From: Nostocoides sp.
GTDB lineage: Bacteria > Actinomycetota > Actinomycetes > Actinomycetales > Dermatophilaceae
Assembly: GCA_037045025.1 (NCBI GenBank)
Contig: JBAOHM010000019.1
Strand: one strand, 5' to 3'
DNA: 64,000 nt
This document shows positions 59,404 through 64,000 of this stretch, piece after piece. The notes under the pieces are model-generated. The model was not told the origin of the DNA, made no database searches, and saw only the letters and a list, made by a program, of their open reading frames with translations. A program made the position numbers and the translations under genes. Position 1 is the first letter of the stretch, and each line of letters starts with the position of its first letter.

Positions 59404-60078
59404 TCAGCAGTCCATCAAAATGACGTGCAGGGTACGAGGGCCGTGGACGCCTTCGACCCGGCTCAGCTCGATGTCGCTCGTCGCGCTGGGGCCACTGATC
59501 CAGGTGAGCGGGCGCCCGGCGCGCACGGCGTCGCCCAGCCGGGCGACGGCCTCGGGGACGTCGCTGACCACCTGATCGGCCCGGACCAGGCAGATGTGCA
59601 GGTCGGGGACGAGGCTGAGCGCCCGGCGTCCTTGCCCCGGCGCGTGGTCAAGCACAATCGTCCCGGTCTCGGCGATGCCGACGGCGGCGTCGGTGATCAC
59701 CGCCGACGTCGTGTCGAGTTCGGCATGGGAGAGAAGGGGATTGTCGCGATGGACGCTCAGGTCGCCGACATCGGCCAGCCACTCCCCCGGTATGCCGCTC
59801 GGCGCCACCACGCTGGTGGCGTGGTGATCGCGCAGCGCCGCCCCGATCGCTCCCGCGACCGCGTCCCCGGGGATGCGCACCACGGCGGCCTTGTAGTCCT
59901 CGACCCGCTCGACGAACCGGCCGAGGACGTCCGGCATCTCGGTCGGCTGGCCATATTCCCAGGCGGCGACGGCGGGTGCGCCGTTGTCGCCACGCAGCGC
60001 GGCCAGCTCGGCACGCTCCTCCTCGACGGCGCGGTTGGCCTCCCGGATGCGCGTGAGGATCGCCTCCCGGCTGCTCAT
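59404..60078 (-). CDS. lutC: Lactate utilization protein C (LUD domain)
   Basis: The sequence is MSSREAILTRIREANRA...GIAETGTIVLD. ATG 60078 overlaps the lutB stop. Confidence 0.8.
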   Translation of the reverse strand: MSSREAILTRIREANRAVEEERAELAALRGDNGAPAVAAWEYGQPTEMPDVLGRFVERVEDYKAAVVRIPGDAVAGAIGAALRDHHATSVVAPSGIPGEWLADVGDLSVHRDNPLLSHAELDTTSAVITDAAVGIAETGTIVLDHAPGQGRRALSLVPDLHICLVRADQVVSDVPEAVARLGDAVRAGRPLTWISGPSATSDIELSRVEGVHGPRTLHVILMDC

Positions 60079-61595
60079 GAGCGGCCACCCTCGTGCTCGC
60101 GCTTCCACCAGTCCCGGAACGACTCGGCCGGCGGTGCCGGCAGGTCACGGGCCTTGGACCATTTCGACATCGGCCAGGGCAGCGCGCCGATCCGACCCGA
60201 CTTCGGCATCACCCGGTTGGACGCCGAGGCGAGCTTTTGCACGGCGGTCAGCCGGCGCGCATCGGCCATCATCCAGCTGGCGCCGGCAAAGATCGCCTGG
60301 TTGGCGCCCGGCACGCGAGCGTGCGACTTCTTCTTCTCGACGACCTCGTGCCGCAGTTGGACGAGCAGCTCGGGGAGGTCGATGCGGACCGGGCAGACCT
60401 CGAAGCACGCGCCGCACAGGCTGGAGGCATAGGGCAGCGAGGCGTCGATGTCGCTGGTGATGCCGCGCAACTGCGGGGTCAACACGGCACCGATCGGCCC
60501 GGGATAGACCGAGCCGTAGGCGTGCCCACCGACCCGCTCATAGACGGGGCAGATGTTCAGGCAGGCCGAGCAGCGGATGCAGCGCAGCGCGGCCCGCCCG
60601 TGCAGGTGGGCAAGCGCCTCGGTGCGCCCGTTGTCGATGAGCACGACATGCACGTCGTGCGGCCCGTCACCGCTGGCGCCGCCGGTCCACATCGAGGTGT
60701 AGGGGTTCATCCGCTCGCCGGTGCTGCTGCGCGGCAACAGCTGGAGGAAGACCTCCAGGTCGGCGACCGTCGGTAGGATCTTTTCGATCCCAACGACCGA
60801 GATCAGCGTCTCGGGCAGGGTCAGGCACATCCGCCCATTGCCCTCGGACTCAACCACCACCAGGGTGCCGGTCTCTGCGACAGCGAAATTCGCCCCCGAG
60901 ATGGCGACCTTGGCGCGGAGGAACTTCTCCCGCAAGTGGATTCGGGCGGCGCCGGCAAGGTCATGCGGCTCGTCCGAGATGTCGCTCGGCGCCGCGGTGC
61001 CGTAGCGGCCCATCTCCTCCAAGAAGATCTCGCGGACCTCGGAGCGGTTGCGGTGGATCGCCGGGACGAGGATGTGGCTCGGCCGGTCATGGCCCAGTTG
61101 GACGATCAACTCGGCGAGATCGGTCTCCCAGGCGGCGATCCCGGCCTCTTCGAGCGCCTCGTTCAGGTCGATCTCCTGGGTGGCCATCGACTTGACCTTG
61201 ACTACCTCGTCGACTCCGGTGGCCTGCACGAGCTGGGTGACGATCCGGTTGGCCTCGGCGGCATCGCTGGCCCAGTGGACGGTCCCGCCGGCCTTGGTGA
61301 ACTGCTCCTCGAACTGCACGAGATAGCGATCGAGGTGGGCGAGGACGTCGTTCTTGATCGCCTCTCCCGCGCGGCGCAGATCCTCCCAGCCGGGGACCTC
61401 GCCGACGACGGCCGCCCGTTTGGCCCGGATGGTCCCGGTCGCGTGCCGCAGGTTGCGCCGCTGCTGGGTGTTGGCCAGCGCCTCTCGGGCGCCGAATCGG
61501 AAGGCGGGCATCCCGAGGAAGGTTGCCTCCGGCGGGGCCGGCGTGCGCCGCTGCCGGGTGGAAGCGGCGGTGGCGGGTGTGGTCGCGCGTGTCAT
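60075..61595 (-). CDS. lutB: Lactate utilization iron-sulfur protein B
   Basis: It has two 4Fe-4S motifs, CIRCSACLNICPVY and CGACFEVCPV, plus a LUD domain. ATG 61595 overlaps the lutA stop. Confidence 0.85.
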   Translation of the reverse strand: MTRATTPATAASTRQRRTPAPPEATFLGMPAFRFGAREALANTQQRRNLRHATGTIRAKRAAVVGEVPGWEDLRRAGEAIKNDVLAHLDRYLVQFEEQFTKAGGTVHWASDAAEANRIVTQLVQATGVDEVVKVKSMATQEIDLNEALEEAGIAAWETDLAELIVQLGHDRPSHILVPAIHRNRSEVREIFLEEMGRYGTAAPSDISDEPHDLAGAARIHLREKFLRAKVAISGANFAVAETGTLVVVESEGNGRMCLTLPETLISVVGIEKILPTVADLEVFLQLLPRSSTGERMNPYTSMWTGGASGDGPHDVHVVLIDNGRTEALAHLHGRAALRCIRCSACLNICPVYERVGGHAYGSVYPGPIGAVLTPQLRGITSDIDASLPYASSLCGACFEVCPVRIDLPELLVQLRHEVVEKKKSHARVPGANQAIFAGASWMMADARRLTAVQKLASASNRVMPKSGRIGALPWPMSKWSKARDLPAPPAESFRDWWKREHEGGRS

Positions 61596-62359
61596 GAGTG
61601 CGCTCCTTCGGTGGCAGCGAGGATCTCCGCGAGGTGGATCGGCCGAATCCCGGAATTGAGCCGGCTCAAAATCCCGCCAATGTGCATCAGACAGGAATTG
61701 TCGCCGGTGACAACATATTCGGCGCCAGTCTCCATCACGTGGGTGGCCTTGTCGGCGCCCATAGCGACGGACACGTCCGGGTTTTTGACCGAGAACGTGC
61801 CGCCGAAGCCGCAGCACTGCTCGGCGGCCGGCAGCGGCACGAGCGTGAGTCCGCGGACCGCCTCAAGCAGCCGGAACGGGCGGTCGCCGACCTTGGCCAC
61901 CCGAACCGAGTGGCAGGTCGGGTGATAGGTGACCCGGTGGGGGAAGTAGGCGCCGACGTCGGTGACGCCGAGGACGTCGACCAGGAACTCGCTCAGGTCG
62001 AGCGTCCGCGCCGTCACCGCGCGCACCTTCTCCACGAGCGCCCGATCACCCGTGCGCTCGGCAAGCATCGGGTGCTGATCACGCACCGAGCCCACGCACG
62101 AGCCCGACGGTGCGACGACATAGTCGTATGCCGCGAACACGTCCGCATAGTTGCGCACCGTCGGCAGTGCCTCGTCGAAGAAGCCGGTGTTGGTGAACAT
62201 TTGCCCACAACAGGTCTGTCCGAGAGGGAATTCCACGGTGCAGCCGAGCCGCTCCAGGAGCCCGACGACCGCCTTCGGAGTCTGCGGGAACATCGTGTCG
62301 TTAATGCAGGTCGCAAACAGCGCAACGGTTTTGCCCGCCCCGGGCGCCGAGACGGTCAT
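61592..62359 (-). CDS. lutA: Lactate utilization protein A ((Fe-S)-binding, CCG domains)
   Basis: The sequence is MTVSAPGAGKTVALFATCINDTMFPQ, with CCGQMF, HPTCHS and CCGFGGTF. ATG 62359 overlaps the lctP stop. Confidence 0.85.
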   Translation of the reverse strand: MTVSAPGAGKTVALFATCINDTMFPQTPKAVVGLLERLGCTVEFPLGQTCCGQMFTNTGFFDEALPTVRNYADVFAAYDYVVAPSGSCVGSVRDQHPMLAERTGDRALVEKVRAVTARTLDLSEFLVDVLGVTDVGAYFPHRVTYHPTCHSVRVAKVGDRPFRLLEAVRGLTLVPLPAAEQCCGFGGTFSVKNPDVSVAMGADKATHVMETGAEYVVTGDNSCLMHIGGILSRLNSGIRPIHLAEILAATEGAHS

Positions 62360-64000
62360 GGCAGCATCCCCGACAGGACGGTCGACTGGAGGCCGATGAG
62401 CAGGCAGAGGACGACCAGCAACCCGATGCTCCAGCCGACGACCTTGCGGAAAATCAGCGACTCCTGGCCGAGCAGCCCGACCGCAGTCGCCGCGATCGTC
62501 AGGTTCTGCGGGCTGATCATCTTGCCCACCACCCCACCGGAGGTGTTCGCCGCCACGAGCAGCGTCGGATCGATACCCGCCTTGGCGGCGGCGGTCTGTT
62601 GCAGCGTGGCAAAGAGCGCGTTCGCGCTGGTGTCGGAGCCGGTGACCGCAGTGCCGATCCAGCCGAGGATTGGCGAGAGGAAGGCGAACGCGGCACCGGT
62701 GCCGGCGATCCAGGTGCCGATCGTGATCGTCTGTCCGGAAAGGTTCATGACATACGCGAGCGCGAGGACCGAGGCGATGGTGAGCATCGAGAACCGCATC
62801 TTGTGAACCGTTGCTCCGAATTCCGCGGCTGCCTTGCCCAACGGAACCCGATAGACAAGCGCGATGATGATGCCGCAGATCAACAGCAAGGTGCCCGGCG
62901 AGGACAGCCACTGGAAGTTGTAGACCGTGGAACTGACCGGCTTTCCCGCCTTGTTGAGGATCTCCCCGTCCAGCCCCGGCCAATGGATCTTGCGGTCGGT
63001 GCCGGCCAGGAAGTCCTTGAGCGGCGTCCACAGCTTGGCCAGGGAGAAAACCACGATGACAAGCAGATAGGGGAACAATGCCATCGCGATCCGGCCCGCC
63101 GTGATCCGTTGCGCGACAGCGGCCTTGGTGATTGTCGAGACGCCCCCGGCCCCGCCGGCGTCGGGGTCGGTCAGGCCGAGTTCGGCGTGCTCCCGATCCA
63201 GTTCTGCATGGAGCCGCTCGTGGGCTTCCGCCTGTCCGGCCGGCTTCCACACCTGCAGCAGCAACACGCCGGCCGCCAGACCGACCAGGGAGGCGATGAT
63301 GTCGGTCAGCTCAACCGAAATGTGGTTGGAACTGATGAACTGGGCGATCCCGAAGCTGATCCCGACGGTGAGGGCGACCGGCCAGGTCTGCTTGAGGCCG
63401 CGAACGCCGTCGGCGAGGTAGACGAGCAGCAATGGGACGAACGAGGCGAGCAGCGGGGTTTGCCGCCCGACATAGGCGCCGATGTCGTGATAGTCGATCC
63501 CGGTCAGGTTGCCGGCCGTGATGATCGGGATAGCGATCGCGCCGAAGGCCACAGGCGCGGTGTTGGCCAGCAGCACGATCATCGCCGCCCGCAGCGCGGA
63601 GAACCCGACCGCCATCAGCATGACGCCGGTGATGGCAACGGGGGCGCCGAAGCCGGCAAGGGCCTCCATCAACCCGCCGAAACAGAAGGCGATGAGGATC
63701 GCTGTGACCCGCGGGTCATCCGAGACGAGGTTGAACGTCTCACGCAGGTCCTCGAAGCGGCCGCTGATCACCGTCACCTGATAAAGCCAGATCGCGGTCA
63801 ACACGATCCAGGTGATCGGAAAGAGCCCAAAAACCGCTCCCTCGGTTGCCGATAGCAGCGCGAGGCCGGCCGGCATCCGGAAGGCCAGAACCGCCACAAG
63901 AATGGCGACGGCGAGCGAGGTCAGCCCGGCAACGTGCGCCTTCCAGCGCAACCCACCGAGAGTGACAAAGATGGTCGCCAGCGGCAACAGCGCAATGAGC
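62356..64000 (-). CDS. lctP: L-lactate permease; the N-terminus runs off the right edge
   Basis: The polytopic ORF is more than 543 aa. The reading frame is still open at position 64000 (upstream codons L-I-A-L), so the TTG at 63987 in the track is probably not the start. Confidence 0.85.
   Translation of the reverse strand, partial: LIALLPLATIFVTLGGLRWKAHVAGLTSLAVAILVAVLAFRMPAGLALLSATEGAVFGLFPITWIVLTAIWLYQVTVISGRFEDLRETFNLVSDDPRVTAILIAFCFGGLMEALAGFGAPVAITGVMLMAVGFSALRAAMIVLLANTAPVAFGAIAIPIITAGNLTGIDYHDIGAYVGRQTPLLASFVPLLLVYLADGVRGLKQTWPVALTVGISFGIAQFISSNHISVELTDIIASLVGLAAGVLLLQVWKPAGQAEAHERLHAELDREHAELGLTDPDAGGAGGVSTITKAAVAQRITAGRIAMALFPYLLVIVVFSLAKLWTPLKDFLAGTDRKIHWPGLDGEILNKAGKPVSSTVYNFQWLSSPGTLLLICGIIIALVYRVPLGKAAAEFGATVHKMRFSMLTIASVLALAYVMNLSGQTITIGTWIAGTGAAFAFLSPILGWIGTAVTGSDTSANALFATLQQTAAAKAGIDPTLLVAANTSGGVVGKMISPQNLTIAATAVGLLGQESLIFRKVVGWSIGLLVVLCLLIGLQSTVLSGMLP

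Overview
This is a GC-rich (about 70% G+C by eye, not computed), almost fully coding actinobacterial chromosomal segment. I call about 60 protein genes, 2 tRNAs, 1 candidate sRNA, 1 IS relic and several hairpins or repeats. Layout: (1) 1.6-23 kb, minus strand, holds a complete division/cell-wall (dcw) cluster: mraZ-rsmH-ftsL-like-ftsI-murE-murF-mraY-murD-ftsW-murG-murC-ftsQ-ftsZ. It continues into pgeF(ylmD)-ylmE-sepF-yggT-divIVA, a DksA/TraR zinc-finger gene, lspA and rluD, and many junctions are 4-nt ATGA/GTGA overlaps. (2) 23.2-27.9 kb, plus strand, encodes a MoxR AAA+ ATPase, a DUF58 protein and a large transglutaminase-like membrane protein. These are divergent from mraZ across 278 nt that carry 10-nt-phased GTGGG boxes. 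(3) 27.9-39.2 kb holds the principal sigma factor (SigA/HrdB type), Usp, DUF4192, DUF1232, an EcsC-like gene, a stand-alone family-A DNA polymerase, PAC2 and the HrpA helicase. (4) 39.2-47.3 kb holds a metY interrupted by a frameshift, a DDN-like F420 enzyme, a 35-bp perfect palindrome and three small membrane proteins. It also holds a secreted CWB2/Excalibur gene with two compensating frameshifts, DUF3145, a 6C-like triple-hairpin RNA candidate, a pncB-pncA-nrtR operon and a flavodoxin-like gene. (5) 47.4-53.4 kb looks accessory: an S53 peptidase with a long N-terminal extension, a Tat-signal glycoside hydrolase, a 350-aa hypothetical, a 41-aa protein and an ISAzo13-type transposase relic abutting tRNA-Met. 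(6) 53.6-64 kb holds a LysM protein, gluABCD, tRNA-Asn, a deacetylase lipoprotein and lctP-lutABC, with lctP running off the right edge. I saw no CRISPR array, rRNA or intact mobile element. I cannot prove a complete novel multi-gene system from the sequence alone. The most unusual signals are the C-loop hairpin RNA, the palindromic element, the cluster of three indels within 3.2 kb, and the tRNA-Met-linked segment bounded by an inverted copy of the tRNA acceptor end. All start codons are my inference from frame, RBS and homolog N-termini; no database search was possible.
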